From: a virus
IMG/VR virus record: IMGVR_UViG_3300001765_000030
Location: 64,001-128,000 of that record
Direction: 5' to 3' (one strand)
DNA length: 64,000 bases
The position numbers and the translations under genes are program-made. Below the pieces are notes generated by a model, which was not told where the DNA came from, did no database searches, and saw only the letters and a list, made by a program, of their open reading frames with translations. Positions within the stretch are counted from its first letter, which is position 1. Each line of letters starts with the position of its first letter. Positions 18,772-28,207 of this stretch are shown in pieces.

Positions 18772-19376
18772 AGTCGGCTGCAGGCGACTTCATTAAAAAA
18801 CTTCTAGATAATCATAAACTTGAAAAAATCTTAAATAAATATGATGATTTCAAGATTTATGATATCTATGAAGATGTAATATCGACCTACAGTGATAATA
18901 TTCGAAGTTTTATAAATTCGGTAAATGGTATTGATCGTGAAGATTTTGAATACTATAAGCGAGATGGAAATCGTGAGAATTTTAAAGACTTTTCCGAAAC
19001 TATCGCAGATATTACAGGTTATGATTCTGATGATAAAGATCGTATAATTCCATTTACGGATTATAATTTTGATAAAATTGATGATAAATCTAAAATATTG
19101 AAAATTATTAAAATGATAATTGGGAGATATGAATCTTTAGATAAGAGTGTAGTTGAAGTTGAAAATTCTAGAATTAAAGATAGTTTGCATAATACTTCAA
19201 TTATCATATCTGAAACAGCGAAAGCTCAATTCATTGGGAGATTGTTTGTTAAAACTAATTTTTATAAATTCAAATGTTTAACATTTGGAAAAGATTATGA
19301 AAAATTTAAACAATCGATGTCTAGTCTTGAAAAACATAATTTAAATATGTTTAAAAGATTATTATCCGAATTATAA
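18765..19376 (+). CDS. -1 frame extension of 16627-18771 (203 aa, no own start for the first 114 open codons)
   Basis: Frame open 18756-19376; slippery A_AAT_TTT at 18759-65; hairpin 18771-90; includes track ORF 19098-19376. Confidence 0.7.
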   Translation, partial: SVESAAGDFIKKLLDNHKLEKILNKYDDFKIYDIYEDVISTYSDNIRSFINSVNGIDREDFEYYKRDGNRENFKDFSETIADITGYDSDDKDRIIPFTDYNFDKIDDKSKILKIIKMIIGRYESLDKSVVEVENSRIKDSLHNTSIIISETAKAQFIGRLFVKTNFYKFKCLTFGKDYEKFKQSMSSLEKHNLNMFKRLLSEL

Positions 19377-19380
19377 CAAA

Positions 19381-19408
19381 AAAGAGGAGGGTTAATTCCC
19401 TCCTCTTT
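19381..19408. terminator. Bidirectional terminator
   Basis: AAAGAGGAGGG-ttaatt-CCCTCCTCTTT. Confidence 0.85.
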
Positions 19409-19425
19409 CTATTTACTTTACAATC

Positions 19426-19764
19426 TTATTTATAGATTGTAAAGTAAATAACTTCATCGGTAAGCTTTACATTCACGATGAAGCTTCCCATCTGATCTTC
19501 ATAATGGGTTTCCCCATTATCATTTTCTGGATACTCCTCATGAATATCTGTTAGGTTCATTGTAAGTGATTCCCCAAGATCGGGGAACGATAATGTTAAC
19601 TTCAATTTGTACTCATCATCCACAATAACCTTATATTTAACCGGGGTAAGTTCCCCGTTAAATATACATTCCTGCTGCCATATCATGTCAACATTATTTG
19701 CCTTAAAATCAGCGATAGTGAGAGAAAATTTAGATACAGGCTCAGTTGTTGTAAGAGTAGTCAT
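19426..19764 (-). CDS. Hypothetical protein (antisense cassette 1)
   Basis: Start moved to ATG 19764 (MTTLTTTEP) behind AGGA. Confidence 0.7.
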   Translation of the reverse strand: MTTLTTTEPVSKFSLTIADFKANNVDMIWQQECIFNGELTPVKYKVIVDDEYKLKLTLSFPDLGESLTMNLTDIHEEYPENDNGETHYEDQMGSFIVNVKLTDEVIYFTIYK

Positions 19765-19844
19765 AATAAATCCGTTCCTGGTTACTTTGAACCATAGAAA
19801 AATTTTGCGAAGTATAAGAAATCTTATCTTATATCCGACTTTGT

Positions 19845-19863
19845 CATAACTTAATATAGACAT
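19845..19863 (-). promoter_or_regulatory. Putative early promoter, GACAT variant
   Basis: CATAACTTAATATAGACAT, identical to 22371-22389. Confidence 0.65.
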
Positions 19864-19871
19864 CTTAATGT
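19859..19871 (+). promoter_or_regulatory. Putative late promoter for terminase (GACA variant)
   Basis: GACA-tcttaa-TGT overlapping the divergent early motif. Confidence 0.55.
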
Positions 19872-19901
19872 AGTTATTACAGAAACTGGGGAGTTATGTA
19901 A

Positions 19902-22007
19902 ATGATCCATTTTAATACAACGAATGATTCTGCCGTCAAGATGGCGTATCTACTCGGTGAGATGGGTGTAAAGAATAATAAATTTATGCTCAGGTTAGAC
20001 AATCCTGCACTATTGCATGTAGATCCATTCTCTGAAACATTGACTGAATTGGAAAAGGCAATGATTACTCATGAGATTATTAATAATCCGTGGTACTTCT
20101 TCAGAGAAATTGTGAGAATTCCTGCAGGTGGTGGTGTAGCAAGATTTGAGTTCCATCGTGGAACATTAGCCTTAGTATGGGCAGTTATCAATGATATAAG
20201 TGCGTTTGTAGTATGGCCGCGACAGGCTTATAAAACTACAACTATGTGTACTATATACAATTACCTTTATTATTGGGGAAGTGTCCACAATAAAATGGTA
20301 TTCATTGCACACGAAGATGCTATTGTAAAGAAAAACCTTCAAGGTGTAAAAGATATACGAGATAATCTTCCGGATTGGCTTAATCAGTATGATAGCAAGA
20401 AGGATAGAGATAATGAAAGAGAGATGTACAATCGATCTAATGATAATCGTATATCTTGTCGTGCTCCTGCTCGAAATCCTGATGGTGCTAGAAAAGCTGG
20501 TCGAGGACTTACAACTCCTTCTCAGTGGTTTGACGAGATCGCGTTCATTAGCTATATCGGTGAAATGTACGATAGTATCTCTTTCGCATATAGTAAAGCA
20601 TCTGAACTCGCAAGAGAAAATGGTTCTCCTTATCATCAGATCATGACAACTACTGCAGGATTCCTTAATACCGAAGAAGGCAAATGGTCTTATAAATTCC
20701 TTATGAGTTGTGCAGACTTCTCTGAATCTTATTATGATATGGAAATTGAAGTTGTTAAAACAATTATTAACAATACTTCCACTTCAGGATTCATTGATCT
20801 TTCCTTCATGTATTATGACCTTGGTAAAGATGAGAATTATCTTGATGATCAAAAACGTCGTCTTGCTAACTCTCCTACTCCGCAAGATACGCTAGATCGA
20901 GAAGTTCTTAATAAATGGAAAGATATTTCCACTGAACACCCTCTTGGTCAAGAACGTATTGAGAGATTGAATACTCTTATTAAATCTCCATTAGACCACG
21001 CTATTATTAATGATACATATGCAATGCGTATATACGTTGATCTAAGCAAATTTGATTGTAGTAAACAGTTGATCGGTGGTATGGACTTAGGTGGTAACTT
21101 AAAAGGAGACTTCTCAACTTTAGTTGTTATAGATCCTACCAATTTTAAAGTTGTTGCTGTAATGAGAACTAACTCTCAAAGTACAACTCTTTATTCGATG
21201 GGTATCATAAGTATCATGACTGATCTATTCCCTAACTTGGTAATATTCCCTGAGCGTAACTACAATGGTGCAATTATCGATAATATCGTAAGTTACATCC
21301 CTGGTGGAACTCGTAGAGTATACCATGAAGGACCAGATCGCCCAGGTATCTTCAACAGTAAGAAAATTCGCCCTATACTCTTCAATGTATTACTTCGTAT
21401 TGCAGTTGATGAATATGGTGATAGAATTATGGATAAAACTATTATTTCTGAAATATCAGGACTTATCCGTCTTAGAAATGGTAGAATAGACCATAGACCA
21501 GGAAACCATGATGATACACTTATGGCATATCTATTAGGACTATACTTTTTACTTTATGTGGAAGATGTAGGAATGTATATAGATAAGTCTAAAATATTGT
21601 CTGACTTCGATAAAGGTAATATGGTCGGAGTTATTGGAAACTCTGGTAATGCTAAAAAGAAAACTGATAGTAAACTTAGAAGAATCATTGGAGATCAGTA
21701 TAATGATCTCATGAGTCATCAGAATGAGATTCATTCTATTGAAGATCTGTCTAATTTACTTACATCTAAGAAAATCTTTAGAGATGGTATGAAGACTAAA
21801 ATTCATAAAGTTTCTGGAGAGTTTGATGGGGATTCACTGGAAGATAGTGATGATCTTGATAATATTAGATCAAACATTGCAAACGTTAAAGATAACGAAA
21901 ATAGTGTTGTTAAACCTATGTATGTTGAAAATCGTGGAGTTAATCGAACTAACGATTTCAAATCGGTGTTTAATAATTGGGATCGTATATTTGGAAACGT
22001 TGCATAA
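19902..22007 (+). CDS. terL: Terminase large subunit, phiKZ/AR9 type
   Basis: GVKNNKFML...VDPF...NPWYFFREIVRIP N-terminus; Walker A PRQAYKTT; Walker B WFDEIAF; RNase H domain GMDLGG and HDDTLMAY. Confidence 0.95.
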   Translation: MIHFNTTNDSAVKMAYLLGEMGVKNNKFMLRLDNPALLHVDPFSETLTELEKAMITHEIINNPWYFFREIVRIPAGGGVARFEFHRGTLALVWAVINDISAFVVWPRQAYKTTTMCTIYNYLYYWGSVHNKMVFIAHEDAIVKKNLQGVKDIRDNLPDWLNQYDSKKDRDNEREMYNRSNDNRISCRAPARNPDGARKAGRGLTTPSQWFDEIAFISYIGEMYDSISFAYSKASELARENGSPYHQIMTTTAGFLNTEEGKWSYKFLMSCADFSESYYDMEIEVVKTIINNTSTSGFIDLSFMYYDLGKDENYLDDQKRRLANSPTPQDTLDREVLNKWKDISTEHPLGQERIERLNTLIKSPLDHAIINDTYAMRIYVDLSKFDCSKQLIGGMDLGGNLKGDFSTLVVIDPTNFKVVAVMRTNSQSTTLYSMGIISIMTDLFPNLVIFPERNYNGAIIDNIVSYIPGGTRRVYHEGPDRPGIFNSKKIRPILFNVLLRIAVDEYGDRIMDKTIISEISGLIRLRNGRIDHRPGNHDDTLMAYLLGLYFLLYVEDVGMYIDKSKILSDFDKGNMVGVIGNSGNAKKKTDSKLRRIIGDQYNDLMSHQNEIHSIEDLSNLLTSKKIFRDGMKTKIHKVSGEFDGDSLEDSDDLDNIRSNIANVKDNENSVVKPMYVENRGVNRTNDFKSVFNNWDRIFGNVA

Positions 22008-22015
22008 CAAAAAAA

Positions 22016-22041
22016 AATACCGGGGATTATTCCCCGGTATT
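22016..22041. terminator. Bidirectional terminator
   Basis: AATACCGGGGA-ttat-TCCCCGGTATT. Confidence 0.85.
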
Positions 22042-22308
22042 CTTAATTTCATCTCGAACTACTTGTTCGAGATCTTCAGGAGTAATCCCGAATTGGGAAA
22101 ATCTTCCTGATATTTCCCGGAATGATATAACATCATTCCGGATTGAATACCCAACTGTAAGGGATCCCATCCCTATACAGTAAATGCCTTCGCATTTATC
22201 CCATTGAAATGAAATAACTCCAACGATATTATTGCCTGAAAATTTTCTCAGGTAAACGCTCATTCCTGTAAATGAGCTCATTTTTACAATAAGTTCTTCT
22301 TTATTCAT
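22027..22308 (-). CDS. Hypothetical protein (antisense cassette 2)
   Basis: AAGGA RBS; own promoter; stop lies within terminator. Confidence 0.65.
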   Translation of the reverse strand: MNKEELIVKMSSFTGMSVYLRKFSGNNIVGVISFQWDKCEGIYCIGMGSLTVGYSIRNDVISFREISGRFSQFGITPEDLEQVVRDEIKNTGE

Positions 22309-22370
22309 GATAAATCCTTTATTTTAAGTTGTAGAGTTATAAGACACCTTATCTTATTTCCCTAATCTAT

Positions 22371-22389
22371 CATAACTTAATATAGACAT
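22371..22389 (-). promoter_or_regulatory. Putative early promoter, GACAT variant
   Basis: CATAACTTAATATAGACAT. Confidence 0.65.
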
Positions 22390-22409
22390 GATTTTATGAT
22401 TAATACAAA

Positions 22410-22441
22410 AAATAAGGTAGGGAGTAATCCCTACCTTATTT
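22410..22441 (-). terminator. Intrinsic terminator
   Basis: AAATAAGGTAGGGA-gtaa-TCCCTACCTTATTT. Confidence 0.85.
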
Positions 22442-22443
22442 AA

Positions 22444-23133
22444 TTAATGTTTTGGAATGTAGATTTGATAGATAGTTTTTCTAAACAAACCTTTATCATT
22501 GAAGCACAAAGATCTTTCTGGCTCACCGAATACAACACTTCCAGTTTCTTCAATAATGAAGAAGAAGTAATTGAACCCCGCTTTCATAGACAATGACATT
22601 GCGTGTATAAGCATATCATCAATACAATTTCCTGGAATATCTGCAAAGTCTGCAACGTACAATACTGTAGGGAGTTCACCATTTCTATTAACGATCTTTC
22701 CATGAATATCTACATTTCCCTTAGTCGCTCCATCCAACGTTTCGAATACTTTATAGAATTCGTTAAGCGGAACATATTTCCCAGAAGGTTTGTTAATACT
22801 TCGAGTAGACTTTACACGAATTGTATATTCGCTATCGATATACACATTCTCGAAACGAAACTTATCAGATCCATGAGATTCAATAACTTCAACTTTTGAA
22901 GTATTATCTTCAATAGATGTGTCATAGTCTAGTGCAAGAACGTTTGCACGATCATTGTATGACAGTGCCATGCTAGGATCCAACCCTTGAGAAATCTGAG
23001 GATTAGCGAAGAATCCTTGTTGAGCCATAGGATTTCCAGCAGCTGCTCCAAGATTCAAATTGAATGTCATGTTACCGACATTCATTCCAGGAAACATGCC
23101 GCCAAACATGTTAAAAGGATTTTGTTGCATCAT
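22444..23133 (-). CDS. Hypothetical protein with M/N/Q/G/F/P-rich low-complexity N-terminus
   Basis: MMQQNPFNMFGGMFPGMNVGNMTFNLNLGAAAGNPMAQQGFFANPQ; AAGGAGAGG RBS. Confidence 0.75.
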   Translation of the reverse strand: MMQQNPFNMFGGMFPGMNVGNMTFNLNLGAAAGNPMAQQGFFANPQISQGLDPSMALSYNDRANVLALDYDTSIEDNTSKVEVIESHGSDKFRFENVYIDSEYTIRVKSTRSINKPSGKYVPLNEFYKVFETLDGATKGNVDIHGKIVNRNGELPTVLYVADFADIPGNCIDDMLIHAMSLSMKAGFNYFFFIIEETGSVVFGEPERSLCFNDKGLFRKTIYQIYIPKH

Positions 23134-23168
23134 AATAACCTCTCCTTATTATTTAAATAACCTTTATC

Positions 23169-23185
23169 CATTAATTAATATATAT
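23169..23185 (-). promoter_or_regulatory. Putative early promoter
   Basis: CATTAATTAATATATAT on plus strand. Confidence 0.55.
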
Positions 23186-23244
23186 CCTAAATGTAAAGTT
23201 GAAGAATATAATCAATTCATTGTTAACACAAACTTATTAAAGTA

Positions 23245-23257
23245 AACATTTTAATGT
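23245..23257 (+). promoter_or_regulatory. Putative late promoter
   Basis: AACA-ttttaa-TGT. Confidence 0.7.
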
Positions 23258-23280
23258 AAATATCGAATGATGGGGAGTTT

Positions 23281-23931
23281 ATGAATAACAACGAAGATGA
23301 ATTATTTTTGTCAACTGACGACGATTCTTGTCTTGAAAGTGTTGAAATTGTATTTCTAAATAATATTAGAGATCAAATCAGTAATAAATTTGGAAACTTT
23401 ACTGGAGAGTTCAAGTATGAAACCGACTATATTCTAGAGTATGTAAGAACCACGATGGACGGTGATGATAATACTATTGAGAACTTTGAAGATGCATGTA
23501 AAGCATCTGATAAAGAAGCTCAGTATGACACCTTCACAAATGGTTTGATACAGATCTTTGAAGAATGTTTAGGTGTTGTAGTAGATCTGGATAGAGAAAT
23601 TACATATTTCTCAGATCTGTATGATATCTACTTAACATTTGTTTTGTTTATTAAAGAGAATCTTGTTAAGTCTTCTAAGAATTATTATTTCTTCAATGGT
23701 ATTTCCGATAAGATGCCTAAGAATTTCATTACAGAATACGTATTCAGTGATGAATTCTGTGCAGCTGATGACTTTGTGAGATATGCTGCTAAGGGTGATA
23801 ATGTCGATGAATCGTTGAGAAAAGTTGATGACAATTTTGCTCAAATGGTTTACTACATTGAACAAGATAAATTCCTTGAAGTTATTAAAAACGTGATGGT
23901 TAACGGGGATATGGAGGATATCAATGGATGA
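23281..23931 (+). CDS. Acidic putative virion/assembly protein
   Basis: GGGGAG RBS; lies between terminase and sheath. Confidence 0.7.
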   Translation: MNNNEDELFLSTDDDSCLESVEIVFLNNIRDQISNKFGNFTGEFKYETDYILEYVRTTMDGDDNTIENFEDACKASDKEAQYDTFTNGLIQIFEECLGVVVDLDREITYFSDLYDIYLTFVLFIKENLVKSSKNYYFFNGISDKMPKNFITEYVFSDEFCAADDFVRYAAKGDNVDESLRKVDDNFAQMVYYIEQDKFLEVIKNVMVNGDMEDING

Positions 23932-24656
23932 TAATCTTAAAAGATACTTCGAAATAACCGCTGATAAACGTTTTATTGTAAAGCAGGGAAAGTACGTTGA
24001 AGTGAGAATGCCTAATTATTACTTCACGACAAACGTTTCTGAAATAATCGGAGACACAATAAGTACGTTTGGTTTCTTAGATTTATATGTGTGGGATACT
24101 GTTTCTGATGAAAATAAAGACTGTAAAGATTCATTTAAGACTTCCAACTCTTATTTCTACCAAACCTACTCGAATTATCGGTGACAGTAAGAATGATATG
24201 ACGATTCTTGAATACTTTGGAGGAGATGCACTTATAGTTAACACTGTAGTTGCTAAAACTCACAAAGTTGTAGTTAAGTATATCCTTCTTATGCTAAACG
24301 GTAAGATTCCTGACGACATCCCTTATGATCAAATAATCTCATATCTTGAAAAATGTTGTGAGTTAAATAATATCAATATGGGCGTAAATTCGATATTTTT
24401 AGATCTCATGGCAATGATGGTATCGAGAGATCCTCAAAACCCATCAAGACAGTTCAGAGAGGCTCTACGAGATAATCCTAAACTGTCTATGCTTATGAGA
24501 AAGCTTGTAAATGTTGACGCAATTCCGTCACTAACATCTCAATTCAGCGCAATTACAGGAAGTAATCCTAAGTTTGCAATGACTAGTAGTATTGGTGCTG
24601 TAAGAAGTGGTGATATGAAGCTTGAAGAATCGGATATCGAAAAAGCTATTCAATAG
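23924..24656 (+). CDS. Conserved jumbo-phage structural protein split by a +1 frame change (23924-24184 and 24087/24108-24656)
   Basis: Halves match a recalled pre-sheath family: VRMPNYYF...GDTISTFG then LPTLISTKP...GKIPDDIPYD...SRDP...FR...SQFSAITGSN. Confidence 0.6.
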
Positions 24657-24695
24657 AAAGTTATTAACCAAACAACATTGATTAACCCTAGAAAC

Positions 24696-24708
24696 AACAT
24701 CATAGTGT
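24696..24708 (+). promoter_or_regulatory. Putative late promoter
   Basis: AACA-tcatag-TGT. Confidence 0.7.
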
Positions 24709-24742
24709 GATGATGATGTGTGTTTAACTATATGGAGGAATT

Positions 24743-26797
24743 ATGGGTCCAATTACACTGAATTCAGTGAACCATGATGGCCTGGTAAAAACTACACTCC
24801 GGGACGGTTCTATTCTCCCACCAACCCCCGAAGCTACGGTAACTGGCATTGGATATCTTCAACCTTTCTTTTCTAGAAAAGGTCGTGGTAATACAATTAC
24901 TCGTTTTACTGGTATCGGTGCTTTTGATTCAGAATTCGGCTCTGATGTCGATGATGTTCGTAAGTATGGCCATGGTGGATTGATTGCTCGCGAAGTTCTC
25001 GCTGGCGGTGGAATTGTCGATGCGTGTAGATTGATGCCAAGTGATGCTTTGAGAGCATCAAGTGTTCTTAAACTTCAGATTACTGAAGAAGAAGTTGAAA
25101 CGACCGATGCTGCTGGTACAACTACCACAAAAAATGGCGCGACTATTAAACTTCTGCAGACTGCATATAGTTTTGCCGATGGCACAAACTATGCAACAAA
25201 CATGGCTCCAACTGTAGACGTTACTGGTAAAGTTCACACTTTCCCACTCTTTGCGTTTATTTGTGATGGTGCCGGCGAATATGGTAATAAATATTACTAT
25301 AAAATCGTTCCAAGTTCAGACCGTGACGGAAAAAATGGCGATGGTCGTCGTTATGACGTCATTATTTATGAAAAACTCCCTTCTGGTTCATACGAACGTG
25401 TTGGAAGTCCTTTCGAAACGATTACAACTGCTCTCAACCCGAATGCAGTAGTTCTCCCAGGATCAACAGTTCCTGACAGTTTTGATGTAAACTACCCTGA
25501 ATATAAAGAGAAGTATAACCTTCCAGTGTCAATAAATTTTGATGTTGAAAACTACGAAGCCGCTCTTGAAGTTCTTAGAGGTATTGACGACGTTGATACC
25601 GAAGTTCCTGTAATTGAAATGCTTGATATCCTTACATGTAAGACTGTTAAAGGTCTTGAATATGCATCTGTTAAGCTCGATACTGCCGGGATTGTAATGT
25701 CCACCACAATGACAGCTCTTTCAGGTGGTACAGACGGGGATCTTTTCTCAAAAGCTCTTGTTTATATTGATGCTGATGGTGAAGTTATTGCTAATACCAA
25801 CGGTGTTTCAGCTCTTGCTGGAAAAGTGTATTATACCGCTGCGGATATGGCAACTCTTCAAACAGGCAATACTCCTGCAACGAGTTTCTTCCGTACGATT
25901 AGTAAAATTACTACTCGCGGAGAACTTACTCGTAAAGAACTGCTTATCTCATTCTATTCAGGTGAAATCGATCAGAATCTGTTCGATTGTCGCGTTATTG
26001 AATCAGGTATTACACTTGATGCATGGTGGCCTCTTGAAGTTAAAAATGTTATGGCGACTACATTTGGTGAACAAGTTCGTGATGATATTTATGTTGTATG
26101 TGACCTTGGTCCAGACATTTATACCGCAAACGATGCTGAAGCGAATAAAGATCTCATTTCAGTTTCTTCAACAAGTCACGGTCAAGTTACAATCGTTGCT
26201 CACAACGGTAAAACTATAAACCGTGTGAAGAACGTTCGTACTTCTTGTACATATGAACTTGCATCTTCGCTTCCAAAACTATATCGTAACCGTGGTAATT
26301 TCACAGTTCTTTCAGGTTACTTCTCTGGAAAAATCCAGAATATGAAACTTGATTACTACCCACGTGTAGTAAAAGACAACCTTGAAATTGCACCTCTTAA
26401 AGATGCAAAACTCCTCTATGCTCTCCGTTTGGATAGCTCAGATGACCGTTATTGGATGAATGATGAATCAATGTATAATACAGATTACTCGGTAATGAAC
26501 TCATTCCGGAATGGTATCTTCATTGGTGTAATCATCCGTCTTTTCAAACGCATTCTTGCGAAATATTCGTTCCACCCTGGAAATGCTGCTGGAGCAATCC
26601 CTGCTGCAACTCTTGAAATTTCGACAACTCTTTCTAGTGGATATTATCCATCTAGCATCCCTGTCAAATTTACAATCTTCCAGACGAAGAATGATAAGAT
26701 TAACAAAACTGCATCTTGTGACGTTGCGATTTACTTCCCAGATGTAATCGAAGCATTTAATGTGACTATTACAGCTAATCGTCAAGAATCGAAATAG
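24743..26797 (+). CDS. Tail sheath protein
   Basis: 684 aa; FDSEFG...KYGHGGL...DACRLMP N-terminus and sheath-like C-terminus; directly upstream of tube; strong codon bias. Confidence 0.8.
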   Translation: MGPITLNSVNHDGLVKTTLRDGSILPPTPEATVTGIGYLQPFFSRKGRGNTITRFTGIGAFDSEFGSDVDDVRKYGHGGLIAREVLAGGGIVDACRLMPSDALRASSVLKLQITEEEVETTDAAGTTTTKNGATIKLLQTAYSFADGTNYATNMAPTVDVTGKVHTFPLFAFICDGAGEYGNKYYYKIVPSSDRDGKNGDGRRYDVIIYEKLPSGSYERVGSPFETITTALNPNAVVLPGSTVPDSFDVNYPEYKEKYNLPVSINFDVENYEAALEVLRGIDDVDTEVPVIEMLDILTCKTVKGLEYASVKLDTAGIVMSTTMTALSGGTDGDLFSKALVYIDADGEVIANTNGVSALAGKVYYTAADMATLQTGNTPATSFFRTISKITTRGELTRKELLISFYSGEIDQNLFDCRVIESGITLDAWWPLEVKNVMATTFGEQVRDDIYVVCDLGPDIYTANDAEANKDLISVSSTSHGQVTIVAHNGKTINRVKNVRTSCTYELASSLPKLYRNRGNFTVLSGYFSGKIQNMKLDYYPRVVKDNLEIAPLKDAKLLYALRLDSSDDRYWMNDESMYNTDYSVMNSFRNGIFIGVIIRLFKRILAKYSFHPGNAAGAIPAATLEISTTLSSGYYPSSIPVKFTIFQTKNDKINKTASCDVAIYFPDVIEAFNVTITANRQESK

Positions 26798-26807
26798 GAG
26801 AAGTTAA

Positions 26808-27878
26808 ATGGCTAATAATGAAGTAAAATTTGCTGACGGTAACGTATCAGGTGTATTCGGATATCACAAAGATGTCGAATCTGCTAAGGTACGTGGGTGG
26901 GAACACCATACTACCGCTCTCGGTGGATCTGTAGATATTCGTCTTGGACAAGTTCAGGGCGTACAGTCTTTCGATCACAACACCGTATCTATCGATGAAC
27001 CTCTCCGTCTCGGTCGTTTCCTTGGCGTATGGCTTAGAACTCCTCCTTTCTTCAATCCCGTGATTACAAAGTACTTCGTGTACTTCTTCCAGGATAAGAT
27101 TCTTGAAGTTTCTGGTCTTAACGACAATGAAGTTAGCACAATGTCTCGTACAATGGGTGCTAACGGACGTGAAGAAGTTTATGCAGGTAACTACAAAGAA
27201 TCTAACGGTAAATTTACCATTAAGATTCCTGAAGTAAAAGGATCTCCAGTACGTAAAATCATGAAATACTATGTAAGTGGTATCTCTGATCCAGTAACTG
27301 GAACAGGTCACTTCCATGGTAACAAAGAACTTCGTTTCTGTAAGATCAACTATGGTGGGGATTTCCTTTATGCACTTCTTGGACCTACAATGCGTCCGGA
27401 TGACATCGAATTCGCATGTCTTTGGTTGAATGCATTCCCTGTAACTGACTATATCGGTCACCTCAATTCAGGTGCTATCGGTGAACCAGGCGACGCAGGA
27501 TTGTCATTTGATGTCGCGTTTAATGGAACTTATGTACAGAACGACGAAATCAACATGCTTGCAATGTACTGTGTAGAAGCTTATGGTCTCTACAAAGACA
27601 CTGCCGAAGATGTGGTTCTTCCTTCTTACATCTACAAATACTTCCTTAAAGATGGTGGCGTTAATACTGCTGAAGCTGAGAAATATCTCGGTAGCTTCAT
27701 TGGTGGTAACCTTAAGAACCGTCTTACAAAGGGATCAGAAGTTGAAGGTGCTATCGGAGAAGATGTTACAACTATTAGCGAAACTCGCGAAGAGCTTGAC
27801 ACTGCTACTCCTGAAGTCGCTCTTACTATCGATGGAACAGAAGATACTTCTGGCGTTACATTTGATACTGGTGCGTAA
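26808..27878 (+). CDS. Tail tube protein
   Basis: Follows sheath; EFACLWLNAFP tube-fold motif; strong codon bias. Confidence 0.7.
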   Translation: MANNEVKFADGNVSGVFGYHKDVESAKVRGWEHHTTALGGSVDIRLGQVQGVQSFDHNTVSIDEPLRLGRFLGVWLRTPPFFNPVITKYFVYFFQDKILEVSGLNDNEVSTMSRTMGANGREEVYAGNYKESNGKFTIKIPEVKGSPVRKIMKYYVSGISDPVTGTGHFHGNKELRFCKINYGGDFLYALLGPTMRPDDIEFACLWLNAFPVTDYIGHLNSGAIGEPGDAGLSFDVAFNGTYVQNDEINMLAMYCVEAYGLYKDTAEDVVLPSYIYKYFLKDGGVNTAEAEKYLGSFIGGNLKNRLTKGSEVEGAIGEDVTTISETREELDTATPEVALTIDGTEDTSGVTFDTGA

Positions 27879-27888
27879 TTCTGATAAA

Positions 27889-27924
27889 AAAATAAGTACG
27901 GGGTTAATTCCCCGTACTTATTTT
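27889..27924. terminator. Bidirectional terminator
   Basis: 15-bp stem AAAATAAGTACGGGG-ttaatt-CCCCGTACTTATTTT. Confidence 0.9.
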
Positions 27925-27931
27925 ATCCTCT

Positions 27932-28207
27932 TTACGAGGATATGAATATTGAATCGCTAAATGGGTCACGTCTAGCCGGGACCTTCCATCCCGTTGTAAC
28001 CCGAGTCTCATACCCAGAATCCCGACCCTCACGGTCGGTAAACTTGGTTAAGTTTCTATTAATTACATCGAACAGGAAATCCCTTTCCGCCCTCTGAAGC
28101 TCTGGGATAGCTTCAGTAGTGGTTACAAGGTTTCCCAACATGGCGAGTTCTCTCGCCATAATTGGAGTTAAGTTTGCTTTGGTCCCGTTTACGAAATAAA
28201 TAGCCAT
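27932..28207 (-). CDS. Hypothetical protein, GC-rich (antisense cassette 3)
   Basis: AAAGGA RBS; own promoter; about 46% GC by hand count over 27941-28200. Confidence 0.6.
   Translation of the reverse strand: MAIYFVNGTKANLTPIMARELAMLGNLVTTTEAIPELQRAERDFLFDVINRNLTKFTDREGRDSGYETRVTTGWKVPARRDPFSDSIFISS

Noticed and set aside
19897-19904. ATG-stop mini-ORFs at the starts of terL (ATGTAAATG) and 29071 (ATGTGA)
   Set aside because: Only two cases, likely by chance in AT-rich DNA, and the real starts have normal SD spacing
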